64,000 nt of DNA from Vitrella brassicaformis CCMP3155 (taxonomy: Eukaryota; Protista; Chromerida): the NCBI GenBank assembly GCA_001179505.1, contig CDMY01000486.1, forward strand, positions 3,722 to 67,721. Reading direction: 5' to 3'. The position numbers were made by a program, and so were the translations under genes. Shown here in pieces: positions 1 through 13,114 of the stretch. Under the pieces are notes generated by a model. The model made no database searches. It was not told the origin of the DNA and saw only the letters and a program-made list of their open reading frames with translations. Every line of letters starts with the position of its first letter. The stretch's first letter is position 1.

Positions 1-2721
1 GTCTACGGCATTCGCCATCAGGAACAGGCGGAAGAAAGACGGCGTCGACGGCATCAACCGCACACCGCCTCCCCCGTACCACATGCACCACCACAGCATC
101 AACAACAACCTGCTCTTCTTCCCTCGAGCAGTGACCCCCTCGCCCCCTCTCTACAAACAACAGCAGCAGCAGCAGCAGCAGCAGCCCATCCGGTTCGACA
201 CTCCCCTGGCCTTGCCCAAGAGCCGGCAGATGCAGTGGACCCCCGAGCTAGGACAGAAAATCCCCCAGCCGAAGCACTACCCCCCGCCGTCGCCCCCACT
301 GCCCACTGCGAAGGAGATCGATGGTGGGGCTGAGATGGACGTGAATGTGAATGTATTGGAGCCTCCAGACCCGTTGCTGACGGACAGCTATGTCAAGGGC
401 GGTGTGGGTGTGAGGAAGGGGCTGAAGCGTGTTGACGCCAAGAGGGAGAGGGAGCACAAGGGCCTGGGGGTGCTGGGCAAGGCCAAGAGTGGCGTTGGCG
501 TGATGAGGAAAGGCAAGGCCGCCGCCGCTGCTGCCGCTGCTGCTGGTGCCGCTGTGCTGGCGATTAGAGACCAGCCGACAGCAGAGAGTGTCAAAGAGCG
601 ACAGCCGCCGAAAGAGACACAGGCACAGCAGGAGGAGTCAGAGGCGTCCCAGGCGCCGATCCCACTGGCAGTCACCCTCCCGCCCCCCCTGCCCCCTCCT
701 TTGCCTGTGGACATCATGCCCAGCACGACCGTCCTCGAGCAGACACGCGGCCTCGTCAATGAGATCGAAAACATCACCCGGCCAAAGACTCCCACACCCA
801 TTTCCGACCGGCCTAGCCTTTCCCTTCACTCGGCCACTCTGCGGCAGTCCAAGTCGTCCGTGTCTGTGGTCAAGGTGCCGCCCTTCGCCACTCCCATACA
901 CCACATCAGACACCAGACGCCAGACGCCAAGAGTGAGGCAGAGGTGTCCGACAGCTGCATGTTGGTCAGCAACAACAGAAAGAGGGAGCCGATCACCATC
1001 CCCCGGCTGTCCCTGCCTGTGAAGGAGCCGCCCCGGGGTAGCAAGAAATCCACGACCCCCACTGTCTCTCTGACCATGTCGATGCCCACCAATACCAATG
1101 GGCGCCCCAAGCAGCCGAGAATGGACAAAGACAGAGTGGTCCGCCCACCGCCGCCTGCCTCCAAATTGAAGGCGCCTTCGGTGAAGGCGCACATTTCACC
1201 TTCGTCCCTGGCGGCTGGGCAGCAGCGGGTGAAAGCTGCCGGGGGTGGTGGTGGTGGTGGTGTGAGGGGCCCGGCTAAGGGCAGCGCCATATCTCTGGGC
1301 ACGTTGAAGGTGCTGTCGCAGCGATGCTGGTACGCAAAGCCAACATGAGACACGGGGGACCGTACCATGCCTTCCTTGATGTGTCTGTCTGCGTGTCCTG
1401 TGTCTGTGTGTCGTGTTAGTCTGTGCAAGGTGCCTGCCGGTGTGGCGGTTCGGCATCTGGGGGTTGCGGCGGGGGCGGAGGGCGAGATAAAGAGTTCCGT
1501 CGGCCCCGCAGATTTCATCACAATGACCAAGGTGAGGTGACGAAAGGGCCGGCAGATCTATGTATGCATCTGAAGGCAATGTGGGTGTGGTGTGGGATGC
1601 ATTTGGTAGGATTTGCTGAACACATTGGGTGTGGCCGTGCCCTCCGACGAGGACCTGCTCAGTCAGACACACACTAACTAAGGAAGAGAGAGCAGACAGC
1701 AGAGACACTTACTTCTTACATCCACTGGTCTCTGCTGTGTTGTGTGTCAGGTGTGTTCAAGATCGTGCACGCGGCTGCTGTTGGCGAGTGCGACCACCCA
1801 TCCCACGCGCCACAGCCACAGCCACACCTTTCATCGACCAAGAGCCTCTCGCCGCTGGAGGCCTCATGCGTCATCGCACTGCTATGTGGCGGACCCAGCG
1901 AGACCAAAATGCGAGGTGGGGTGTGGTGTGGTGTGTGGGGGGTGTAATCATTTGACCTTGGTTCTGTGTGTGTGGGTGTGTCGTCAGCGATTTACGATTT
2001 GTTGGACAGTTCTGCCGAGGGACTGACAGACCAGCAGCTCAGCCAATTCCTGAGAATCGGTCGGCACACACAGACACACACACACACGTGTCTGTCTCTT
2101 CTTGTGTGTGTCTGTGTATCTGTGTGTGTGTGCAGTGTTTCGTATGCTCTTGTCGCCCGACAAGCTGCGCATCGTCTGTCTCAGACGCCAGCTGCCCATA
2201 CAGACGGTCGGCCAGCAGCACACACACCCACACCCCGTCACATCACACAGAATGGACAGACACCTGAGCGGCTGTGTGTGGTGTGTGTGGCAAGGCTGAT
2301 GAGTTGGCGGGTCTGGTGGCCAAGGAGGCCTTCGGCGAGATCGACCCCAACAGACAGGGCACCAGGATGTCATTCGAATCGTTCCAGACATGGTATGTAC
2401 TGCCTGGCCAGCCGCCAGCCAGAGACACCACCTCCAGACACACACACGTGTCTGTCTTTATGAAGGTGCAACATGCCTGATGCGGATGACCACAGCAGCA
2501 CTACCACCAGCAACAGCAACAGCAGCAGCCAAGCCGCATCGCCCCCTCCCCCGCCCTCTCGCCCCACCCCACAAGCAGCAGCAGCAGCAGCAGCACCGGC
2601 TGTGTCTGTCTGCCCAGGAGCGGCGGGTGAGACACTTGACGCCTTCATCGAGAAGAAGAGTCTGGGTGAGGCACAGCCGCTGCTGGGGAGTGGTGGTGGT
2701 GGTGGTGCTGGGGGTGGGTGA
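1..2721 (+). CDS. EF-hand (NCS/calcineurin-B-like) domain protein with long Pro/Gln-rich N-terminal region; 5' end lies upstream of window; multi-exon
   Basis: Frame open from base 2 through ORF 83..1348. Downstream exons flanked by GT/AG join to ...SCVIALLCGGPSETKMR|AIYDLLDSSAEGLTDQQLSQFLRI|VFRMLLSPDK...|ADELAGLVAKEAFGEIDPNRQGTRMSFESFQTW|CNMPDADDH...GG* (stop 2719-2721), the pattern of a degenerate EF-hand pair. Internal exon boundaries approximate. Confidence 0.65.
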
Positions 2722-3196
2722 GTGAGAGTGTTCAGGATGGGATGAAGGGTGTAGTCTTTGTTTGGTGTGGGTGTGTGTGGACTGAGATGACGTCACATGC
2801 GATGAACGAAGGAATCACGTGCAGTCGCTCGAGTACTCGCCCACAACACCCAGTATCTGAGGTCCGTCTGATGCGTGTGATGCGCATATGACGGATCTCA
2901 GGCACCGGGGGCTGTGGAAGAACACGTCAACACGACTTGTCCAATGGATGAATGAATGTCACACGCTCACACCAGACAGATACTGGCAGAAAGTCTCTGT
3001 GTGGCACATCCGTCTCAGGCGGCGGAAGCGATGGCAGAGGACACCGACCCGCAATGGTCACACTCACACCTGAAAACACACACACGCGTGTACGGGACAG
3101 TCATTCTTACATCCCTCCCTCCCTCCTGTACGATAGGCACCCCTGCCATTCGCGGCAGCCACACTCGACATGGAATACACACATCCCCGCTCCAGT

Positions 3197-4470
3197 CTAT
3201 ACAGGTCCCTTGTCCCTCTCCCTGCCCACCCTATCGGTATTCTCATCTCCCCCTACCCTCTCCCTCTCCCTCTCCCTCTCTTGGTCTTTCACGGTCTTCT
3301 CGTCCTTGTGCTCATGGTCATGATGCCCATGCGTGTGTGGATGGGTGTGTGTCGGGGGGGGTGGGGGCGGTGGCTCGGTTGCCGGGTGCTGTCCTGGGGG
3401 CGGGTGTGCGATTCGCTGGGCGTACGCGATGGCGCCCTGGGGGTCGTCACGCACAAGCATGAAGAACCCCTGCAGCTCGGCCATCGCTGCACACACACAG
3501 ACACACACACACACACACACGGACAAGGGATAATGGGTGGATGCGAGAGAGAGTGTGTGTGTGTGTGGGAGGGGGGAGGGGGTACAAGTACTGAGCGGGG
3601 TGTCTTTGAGTACTCTGACGAATTCGTCGGCGAACGACTCGTGGCCGGGGAAGAAACGAACATACTGAACACCGATCCACAGACACATCGATCACATCCA
3701 CATCAGCATCGGCATCTCGAGTGAGTGGTCTGCCAGAGTCAGAGTGAGTGTACCATTCTCCTCAGCTGTTCAGGCTGCGCCAGCCCCACGAAGACCTTCA
3801 TGTCCACACGGCCAGGCCGGATCAACGCATCGGGCAACCTGCACACACACACACAGAGATGAGGATGAACAGTGAGTGCGTCGTGGGTGAGAATGTGGTG
3901 TAGTGTGTTCGATTGCAATCCTTCCTTACACTTCATATCTGTTAGTGGTCATGAAGATGATCCTCTCCTCCGTCGCCGCCACGCCGTCCAGCGCGTTGAG
4001 CAGCCCGCTGAAGCTCACCCGCCTCGTCCCGAACTGGTGCGCGAGGGCGGCAGCGTGACTGTGGTGTCCGCCCTTCTCTCTCTTTTTCGTATCGCCCTCT
4101 TCGCCCTGCAGACCAGACCACATACTCACAGGAGACTGTGCCAATGGGGCGAGGAGGGGCGAGGGGGGGNNNNNNNNNNNNNNNNNNNNNNNNNNNNNNN
4201 NNNNNNNNNNNNNNNNNNNNNNNNNNNNNNNNNNNNNNNNNNNNNNNNNNNNNNNNNNNNNNNNNNNNNNNNNNNNNNNNNNNNNNNNNNNNNNNNNNNN
4301 NNNNNNNNNNNNNNNNNNNNNNNNNNNNNNNNNNNNNNNNNNNNNNNNNNNNNNNNNNNNNNNNNNNNNNNNNNNNNNNNNNNNNNNNNNNNNNNNNNNN
4401 NNNNNNNNNNNNNNNNNNNNNNNNNNNNNNNNNNNNNNNNNNNNNNNNNNNNNNNNNNNNNNNNNNNNNA

Positions 4471-4502
<32 letters not shown>

Positions 4503-5247
4503 GACCTCATCGAGATCTCCTGGCTGTGGTGTGATGGCGCCATCGATGTCCTCAAGCAGCACCAGCGCACGGGGAGGCACAGTCCTTTGATGACATACAC
4601 AGACACACCCATGTGTGTCAAGCGGTGGACGGACGGATGGGTGTGCTGTATTCCGTACGCGAGGAGGTGCTGTAGCCGGTCATCGGTGAGGAAGGGGTCG
4701 CTCACATTCAACACACAGATGTTGTAGTGCAGCGCACCGGCCAAAGCCATCACAAAGCTGCTCTTCCCACAACCCTGCACACCACACACACATCCATCCA
4801 TCCATCCATCCCCTCTCTCTCTCTTTCAATTTGTCTGTGTGTCGACTCACCGGCGGCCCCCACAAGAGGTACCCCCTTCTATAAGGGATCCCCCTCTCAA
4901 TGTACCACTGAGAGCTGTCCAGGAACTCATGGCAGTCCCTCAGGATGGTCTCCGCAACGTTCTCGGCGAGGACGACCGATGAGAAGGGTCGGATGCGCTT
5001 GGGGTCGCCGAAGGGCCGCCAGTCCTGCCCGACGCTGTTGTATATGATGGTCTTGCCCTCCTCCTTCGTCAGGGCCATGTCACGAGCTTCACTCAGCAGC
5101 TCACTGAAGATCCCACGCCATGGGGCGAAGGTGGTCAGGGTGAGGGTCTCCCAGGGCGTGCCCGTGTTCAGGTCGATCTATACCACATCCACATCCACAC
5201 CCACACACACACACACAGGCATGACGCACCATTCGCCCGCCATCTTG

Positions 5248-5280
<33 letters not shown>

Positions 5281-5837
5281 AGGTACCACTGACTTCTCCC
5301 GTTCCCTCTCGACTTTGATGAGTGCCCCGTTGTAGGTCATGTAGTGCAGCCCAGGGGAGGGCACGAACGCAAAACTCGTCTGCACGTGGCCGCTCTTGCT
5401 CTTGGTATACGTCGTCTCCACGCCCAAGTGACGCGCTTGACGGTGCCTGCAGTGCAGTGCAAAGACACCAGACAGACAGACAGATCTCTGCATTCACTCC
5501 GTCTCTCGACCTCTCTTTACCTGTGTATAAGCCACTGCATGACCCATTGGTAGCTGTGGTCCTTGCTGGGGATCTCCAGCGTCGTCAACACATACCGCCG
5601 CCCAACAACCAGCCCGCTCTGCAGCCCAGTCCTCACCAGCGACAGCAGCGCGCCGACGCCCACCAGCCCGAAGCCAGCCGAGAAGTAGGGGTTGCAGGCC
5701 AGCCAGTCGGGCAGGAACGACAGCAGGGCTGGCTTGGACGTGCCGATGGTGGGCGTGACGCCAGATGAGGCCAGTGATGATGGATCTGCTGACACGGAGA
5801 GGGCAGAGGAGGGCGGCAGCATACCTGGCATCGGCAT
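3197..5837 (-). CDS. BCS1: Mitochondrial chaperone BCS1 (AAA ATPase), about 9 exons, interrupted by an N gap
   Basis: Spliced exons give [14 protein letters not shown]...[19 protein letters not shown] (BCS1_N), [45 protein letters not shown]|GCGKSS (Walker A), [10 protein letters not shown] (Walker B), [44 protein letters not shown]. Confidence 0.96.
4170..4469. other. Scaffold gap (300 N); further 300-N gaps at 20298-20597, 50530-50829, 52035-52334, 59481-59780, 61277-61576
   Basis: All six N runs are exactly 300 long, indicating fixed placeholder gaps. They are often flanked by G-runs, microsatellites or duplicated sequence. Confidence 0.98.
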
Positions 5838-6240
5838 CCTTGCGGCAGATCTGCTCTGTCGGTGGACGCTGAGGCGATCGCTGCCTCCCTGGAGCTCGCA
5901 ATTGAAATCGCTGCGAAAAAGCGATGGTGTGGTTCGGTGAGGGGTTTCTGCCTTACGCCCGGCTGTGCATTGGCCTCACCCTCCTTTACCTGACGTCAAA
6001 AGTGCTCGGGGGTGTGGACTGGTTCGACGAGAAGCGGCTCACCAGGAAGGAGAAGGCCGAGAGGTACCAACGGAGGAAAGCCATATCGGCCCTCGACTGA
6101 CTGAACCAATCAAATCAATGCAGGTCAGTCAGCCGGGCCATGCAAGATGCACCATGCATTTCGCTCATTCGCTGTGTCTGTGTGTGCGCGCTGGTTGATA
6201 TGCGGATGCTGCAGCAGTGAGCTCACCAGACGCCCTCGCC

Positions 6241-7878
6241 ATGGCAGAGATGCCTGAGGGGTATGATCTGGTCTTTTCGCCAACGCCGACCGATGCCGAG
6301 AAGCGGCTCGTCCACCGCATTATGCACCGCCGCCTCCCCAATGCCTCCAGTGTGGTTACCCGCCTTGTCCGCAGGGGAGCCCGCCCGGCCAGCCTGCGTA
6401 TGCGGATCGAGCGCAGGGACGCCCCTCTCCACTACAATCTGGACTTGTCACTTGTCGGGCTGGCCATCGACGACGTCACGGGCAGCTACGTGTCCGCCTA
6501 CATGGACGGCGACGATCTGAAGCTGCCGTGCTGGTCGTCGCGAGAGGAGCAGAGGGAGGTGCTTGAGACGCTCATCCGTCATGGCTGCCAGCCGGGGCGC
6601 GAGGACCTGAAGACGGCCATCAGCATGGCGAATGCGGTGGCGGTGGAGGTGCTCCTGGCGCATGGCGTGGCTGTGGGTTCGTGGGCGCTGGTGCCGCCCC
6701 GGGTCAACGAGACGCCGGCGGACGAGTATTGCAGGAAGCTGCTGCAGATCTACCAGAGCTTGGTTGAGCGTGATGCGTCCATCATTGCCGTGCCGCAGCC
6801 GGTGCATCAGGTGCACGTGGCGAGACTGCGGCTGTACCCCGAGACCTTCACAGAGGGGTGAGGCAAGGCACGGCAGCAGAGGGAGATCGACAGACAGACA
6901 GACAGACAGGTGCATCGCATTTGTGTGTGTGTGTGCGTGTCTGTGTGTCTGTGTAGGTACCTAGATCTAGTCCTTGACAAGGGTGCTTCGGTAGCGCAGC
7001 TGCCGGGCAACGAGGGCGCCACCCTCCTCTCCCTCGCAGCCATGCTGGGGTGTCGATTCGTCGTCGCCTACCTCTCCAAGCACTTGCCCATAGCGCAGAT
7101 CGACGCCGTTGCCGACAACGGCACCGCCCTCGCCATCGCCGGCATGCAGATACGCAAATATGCTGGGGCTGACCGGCAGGCGGACTACTGCCATGTCGCT
7201 CGGTCCCTGCTGCGAGCTGGTGCGTCCATCGAGCAGCTGCTCACCCCTTTGAACGAGGACGAACGAGAGCAGCGGCGGCTGGTGGTCGACGAGTATGAGA
7301 AGGCGCTCAACGAGCTGCCCGACCAGCTGACGTCGGCACTCAACGACGCTCTTCGGCCGCACCGTTGTCTCGCGGAGTTCGTCGCATTCGTGCTCACCAC
7401 TCAGGCACCCCACAGCCACCCTGCCATCCCCGACCAAGAGGCATCCCTGCTGGCCTGGCGGATCGCGGCCTTCTGCATCGATTTGGAGGCCGCCCACGCT
7501 GCAGCCACTCGTGTGCTGAGGTCAGACTTCCCACTGGGCCGGCGCATCAACACGGCCATGGCGCATTTCGTGACATGTGCTGCGACCAAGACGGCGAGCA
7601 ACAGGGAGGTGGTGGGCGGGGTCATGGAGGTGAGGGGGGAGATGGTGCGGCTGCCGCCACTGCAGTGCTTTGGCGTCAACGAGGGCGACACGACAAGAGC
7701 GCTGGGTGTCCGGGAGGTGATCCACAAGGCGAGATTGGACGAGGCTGCACGATATCGGCTGTCTGGTGTGGCCAAGGGCTTCAACACCGACCTGGGCGAT
7801 GACGAGTGCCAGTTCCAGTGGCGGCAGCTGGGGCATTTGGATAAGACAGGCCAGTTCGTGTCGATGGGGATCGACTAG
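6241..7878 (+). CDS. Ankyrin-repeat-like protein of a probably lineage-expanded family; two exons (6241-~6857, ~6957-7878)
   Basis: ORFs 6217..6861 and 6910..7878 are joined by a GT..AG intron with CAGA/GT repeats. Ankyrin-like helices: DLKTAISMANAVAVEVLLAHGV, GATLLSLAAMLGCRFVVAYL, NGTALAIAG...VARSLLRAGA. C-terminus LGVREVIHKARLDEAARY..GVAKGFN. Confidence 0.6.
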
Positions 7879-8114
7879 ACGCGCGTCATGCATGAGGGGA
7901 ATGGGTGGCTGAGCAGTATTTTTCTGTGTTTGGCTGCTGTGATGAGACTGACGGGACGGCAGGCACATTGAATCGTATCCTTCATCCATCCATAAGAGTC
8001 CGCGCACAAGCACACAGATTCCGTATGGCACAAGTGCGATAGCGACCGCATCCATCAATCATCAAACGGAATAATAAAAGTCCATATGCTATGCCTCTCT
8101 CTCGGCCCTTTTGT

Positions 8115-10799
8115 CTACCGACCCCTCTCTAAATGCAGATGCCAATTGTGCTGGTGCACATGCAGATTCACAGCACCATACACCCCACCACCCCCCGACC
8201 CCTCAGTAGCGGCCGTCTCGCTGCCATGGTACATCACAACACTCCCGCAAGACACAAACTGCAGCGGCATCTCACCATCGCCGTACTCGGACGATGCTGG
8301 CACCGTGCTGTCGGCTGCCAGAGACACACTGTTGGGCACCACTGATGGCTCCGGGACAGAGGCGATGCCATCGGCATGGCTGTCCTCACTGCTGACAGGG
8401 CGGGAGGGCTGCTGCTGCTGCTGCTGATGCTGCTCGACGAAGCCCAGAGAAGGCGTCTGCGAAGCCGGCGTCTCTCCGTTGGGCTTCAGACTCGGCTCTT
8501 CCTCCCTCTCGTCTTTGTTGTCTGCCTTGGTGGCTGTCCCTGGCCCATCGGCGGCATTCACAGGCATTGTCTCAGACACACTGATGCCGTTCTCCTTGCC
8601 GCGGCTGGCCATCGATGGCGCAGGTACGCTGCCCTCACTGCTGGCGGGGCGCGACTGAAGGGCGCTGACGAATCCGTTCTGCACGACGGTAGCTGGAGTC
8701 GCGGCGGTGTGTTGGGGCGGGCTGGGGATGGAGAGAAGGGGTGTCTGCGACGCCGGTGTCTCCCCGTGGGATGACGCCGGTGCCGGTGCTGGTGTGCCCT
8801 TGACGGTGTCGGGTTGCTGCTGGCCCGTCTCGTCTTCTGCACCTGGTCGCTCTGCCGATGACCCACTGGCAACGGCCGCCTCAGACAAACCACCACGGGC
8901 ATCTCGCTGCGTCCCCATCTGACGGCCATCCCCCGCTGTGTGCACGCTGGTGGCGCTTGAGCTTGAAGGATGGGCAAGAGGGGAGGCCGTCGCAGCTTGC
9001 ATGGGCGGCGAGCTCTGCCGCAGGATGTCGCGGACCGCCAGGATGTCGTACCGCCCGTCATCTCGCACCTCCGGGAATCCATGCGGCTGTCGCCCCGCTG
9101 CTGCTGCCGATGCTGCTGGCTGCGAGCTCATCTTGCCGCCCCTGGATGCTTTGTATGTCTGGTAGCGCATGGCGACGATCAGGTCCAGCCACCCCAGGTC
9201 GGGGAAGGCGATAATGACCTCACGAGATGGGGAATCGGCACGCCGTGAGGTCGTCTCCCCAGTGGAAGCCAGCCGAAACCTGATGGGCTCGCCACGCTGC
9301 GGCCTGGGCGGCATGCCGCCCCACCGCAGCATCGTCGTGTACTGCGTGTCCATGTCGATGTCGCCGCCGCGCTTGTTCCACTCGTCCAGCGTCAGCCACT
9401 TGCCGCCCTGAGCGTCCCAACCGACCCACCTGAGGGATGACGGCCAGGCGCCCGTGGATGCGTCTCGGATGGGTGCTATGGCCAGGCCCTGTGTGGGTGT
9501 CTCCTTGGCACCCGTCATGACGGCCCATGCCGTGCTGCCGAACCGCTTGGCGACGAGGAGGTGAGGGAAGCAGGCGCCGTAGTTCATAGTGAGAGGGAAG
9601 ATGGTGGGCAGGTCGCGCAGCTTGTCGGATGCAGAGGAGAGCTCGAAGGCGGTGCCGATGGCCAGTTGGCCGCCCTTCATCGAGAGCACCGTGCACTTGG
9701 GCGTGCTGTTTGTGGGCGGTTCGTGGTGGGATGGGCTGAGGGACGACTGCGGGCGGCCGACGAACAGCAGTTTGTAAGACAAGGGGTCCGTCTGGATGCC
9801 CAACTGCTGAGAGAGGGCCGTCCTGATGTCCATCATGTTGCACGCGTCAGTAGGTATGGCCAGATCCTTCATCTGCGGCCCCTCCCTCTCGGTCAGCAGC
9901 AGCACGCGCAGCGTCAGCGACACCTCAATCGACGTGGGATAGAACACCTTGGGCCTGCCCGTGCCCGTGCCCATCCCGTCGTCGGGCAGGTGATACCACT
10001 TCCTGCCCCAGAGCCCGTCGACACTCAGGCGGCCGTTCATGATGCTCCGGCTGCCAGTGGCAGGGCAGTAGGCCACAATCACGCGCCGGCCCCTTGGCGT
10101 CAGCCGCGAGAGGAGCTCGTCGTCGGCAGCCGTGGTGTGGCCGTCGACGCGCATGAGGCACCAGACCTGCCTCTGCACCAACACCAGCTCATAGACGGGC
10201 TGCTGCTGCTGCTGCTGGTCGCCCGTGCTGCTGCTGCTGCTGCTGCGATACATGATCAGAGAGGGGTAGGGGTCGGGGGGGCTGGTCTGTGACGATACTG
10301 ATGCGGTGGCTGTGGCTGCGCCTGTGAGGCGGATGTCCTCGACCCGCGTGAAGGTCAAGTCGGGGGGTATGGGAGAGGGCAGCCCAGTAACCCTGGCCTC
10401 CCTGCCGGCACTCAGATGCAGCGCCTCGTACGTCTCGCTCGTCGTCCCCCCCATGGCCTCCCTGTCTGCCGCCTTCTGCACAGTGCGATGGAGCAGCTCG
10501 CACAAGCGGGAGTACGGGAGAGAGGTGGCAGTGGCCGGCAGCACCTCTGACTTGATAGTCGTCATGCTGGCGTGGGAGAAAGTGGGGGAGCCGGCCCGGG
10601 GGGGGACGGGATGCTGGCAGCAGAGAGGAAAGAAAGGGGAGAGAGATGGGCGAATGAATTGTGGGGCGGTGTGTCTTGGCTTGAGCAAAATGGAATGTCT
10701 GTCACCCACCTGTGTGATGGTGAATGAGGAGCGGCTCTTCTGTTCGTTGAGGTCGGTGCGGTCGCAGTAGGACAGGATGACCTGCAGGGCGTGGCACCA

Positions 10800-10831
<32 letters not shown>

Positions 10832-12023
10832 TAGAGAAATGGGTAAAGTACAACAAGTGGCGAGGTGTGTCACTCCCTGACTCACCACTTGTCCGTCCAG
10901 GTAGGTGTGGTTGAGGCACAGTGCATCGCGGCGGTCGGCCTCCTTCGCGAACTCCAGATAGAAAGTCGACTTGGGCAGACAACTCTCACTGACACAACGC
11001 ACACACACACACACAGACACACCCACCCACGGCAATGCACCACCTGAGATGATGATTGGCCAATGTATTAGTGGCACGCTCACTTGTTTTGGTCGATGCA
11101 GTCGTCCCTGGGTTTGCTGTGCCACACGTGCTTGGCCGGCCCGCGGAACATCTCTATCACAGACTGACACACACACACACACATGGCCCCCTGCACCCCA
11201 GGCCTGGGCTGATCTGATCGACCCACCCACCTCAACAGGCGTTTCACAGTGCAGCTTGGTCTTAATGTAGAACTTCTTCCTCTGATGCTTGGACGCCGCC
11301 GCCCTCAGCACCGCAATGCGATTGAGGATCTCATCGACGGACGAGCACGCAGCGGCCTCTTTGATAGCAGACATCACCTTGGCCTGACCGGCCCGGTCGA
11401 GCTGTGAGGCGTGGTTGAACGACCTGTCCAGTGGATCTGACACACACACACACATACACACGTACGACAAAGGAGTGGACTGCTTCCCGTCATCGACTTA
11501 CCTTCGATGACCCATGCTTGCTGCCCATCCCCCTTGAGCCGCTCCTCGCCCAGCCAGTCGGCACGCTTGGTGGTGCTGCCAGTGCCGCCCTGCCGCACGG
11601 ACACGACCCACTTGAGGAGGTCGAACCTACTGCCGTAGAAGCGAAAGAACCCCATGACCAGCTCATCCAGACTCTTGACGGCCTGCGACAGACACACACA
11701 CAGACACTGTCAGTGTGGCGGCATTGGGTGGGTGGGTGTGGCCGCGTGGTATCTATCAGTGCTGTGCTGACGTTATCAGTGCTCGCTGGTGCTGGTGCTG
11801 GTGTGGGTGGCGATGTGAGGAAGCACACGTCGATCCTGCTCTTGTTGTCTCGTGTGGTGCGTCTGCACCGGTAGATGGAGGGGCTGTCGGCCGGCACATC
11901 CTCCGGCACACGCTGCAGATTGGGCAACACACCTTTAACCTGCACATGAACGAACGAACAAGGAAACACAGACAGACATACAGACAGATATGTGTGTGTG
12001 TGATGTGATGTGATGTGATGTGA

Positions 12024-12054
<31 letters not shown>

Positions 12055-12913
12055 CTGTAGGTAGAAGATGGTCATGAGGATGAGGCCGTAGCTCGTCATG
12101 CTCTCGCCCTCGGCAGACACCAATCCCTCACTCTTGGCCCACTTCTGCAGTCAGTGGAATGTACACCACACCACACCACACACAAGGGGACGTGTTGTGT
12201 TGTGTTGTGCTGTGTCGCGTGACGTGACGTCGTCTGAATGCCGGTGTGACGCCGGTGTGATTGACCTTGATGAGCCGCCCCATGTGTGCCACGCGGCCAT
12301 GTGGGTCGGCATCGCAGTAGGCCTTGAGGAGGTGCGTGTTGTCCACGGCCAGGGCGTTGTTGACGCTCAGATCCACCTCCACACCTACACACCCACACAC
12401 ACCACACACACATCCACACCACCACACACGCAGGCAGGCCAACTCACCTCGGTGCTCCATCTTGAGTATAGGTACGCGGGCCGCAAACACCCGTGCGATG
12501 CGTCCGAACGAGTGCCGCTCCAGCACCGGCACCAAATCGCCCAAGAGCCGCTTCTGAAGCATCTGACGGTCCGGGATCTCGCCAGGATAGATCCCCTGGA
12601 GGTCTTTGGGGTTGATCAGAATCGTCACATCGATGTCCGAGCCCTGTGTTGCAAACCCATTCATCGACCCGCCGAACGCCGCACACGTGAAGGACGAGGC
12701 CGCCTTGCCATGCAGCTCCCGCAGGCAGCCCGAGAGCTGGCTGCATGTGTCATTGACAAGCTGCGGGAAACTGTCTGCCGGTGCGATTGAGTCGATGAAG
12801 CTCTGCAGGGCGGCCGACTTGACCGTGGCTGAGCCATGCAGGGAGGGGGAGGTGCCGTTGGCGGTGCCAGTGTTGTTGTTGCTCTCGGCAGATGCGTCGT
12901 AACTCTCTGACAT
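8115..12913 (-). CDS. Non-canonical poly(A)/poly(U) polymerase (Cid1/TUTase/TENT family) with downstream RRM-like domain and ~890-aa terminal exon
   Basis: FGGSMNGFATQGSDIDVTI (pol-beta GS-x-DxD signature), ARVPILK, EVDLSVNN (third Asp), MTSYGLILMTIFYLQ, LDELVMGFFRFYG, WVIE|DPLDRSFNHA (PAP-associated domain). Then KFYIKTK...STFYLEFAKEADRRDALCLNHTYLDGQ|VILSYC (RRM-like). Last exon about 10782..8115. Confidence 0.9.
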
Positions 12914-13002
12914 GGCCGCGGAAGATGAAGATCCCACTTCAGACGAGGATGCTGAAGCCGGATGCAGCCCGAGAGGGAGTTTCGCCCCAATTCCCTGGCC
13001 GA

Positions 13003-13026
13003 ATGCGAGCTTGGCATTGCGAGCTT
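13003..13026 (+). promoter_or_regulatory. ATGCGAGCTTGGCATTGCGAGCTT double-motif in the 201-bp bidirectional intergenic region
   Basis: Exact 24-bp match to 17608-17631. Contains TGCGAGCTT twice at 14-bp spacing. Lies between two divergent ATGs (12913 and 13115). Confidence 0.6.
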
Positions 13027-13114
13027 ACGAAGATTCATGCGCAAACCGCTGTCAGAGGCAAAATCGTCCAAAATCGAGGAGGTTCTTTCGCTACTAAGCT
13101 TGCAATACCGCAAG

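Noticed and set aside
4162-4500. Poly-G tracts flanking the gap inside BCS1 (apparent poly-Pro insertion)
   Set aside because: Homopolymer at a scaffold gap; its length and coding status cannot be trusted.
5991-5998. TGACGTCA (CRE-like) sites at about 2788, 5991, 42032 and 51258
   Set aside because: Positions are mixed (3' flank, promoter, CDS, intergenic) with no consistent relation to gene starts.
10783-10982. N-terminal 66 aa of the 955-aa ORF (MSAQVDF...CVCVCVW) as a separate gene start
   Set aside because: It is intron sequence plus an out-of-frame exon of the TUTase gene; the true exon starts at the CTGCAG acceptor near 10783.
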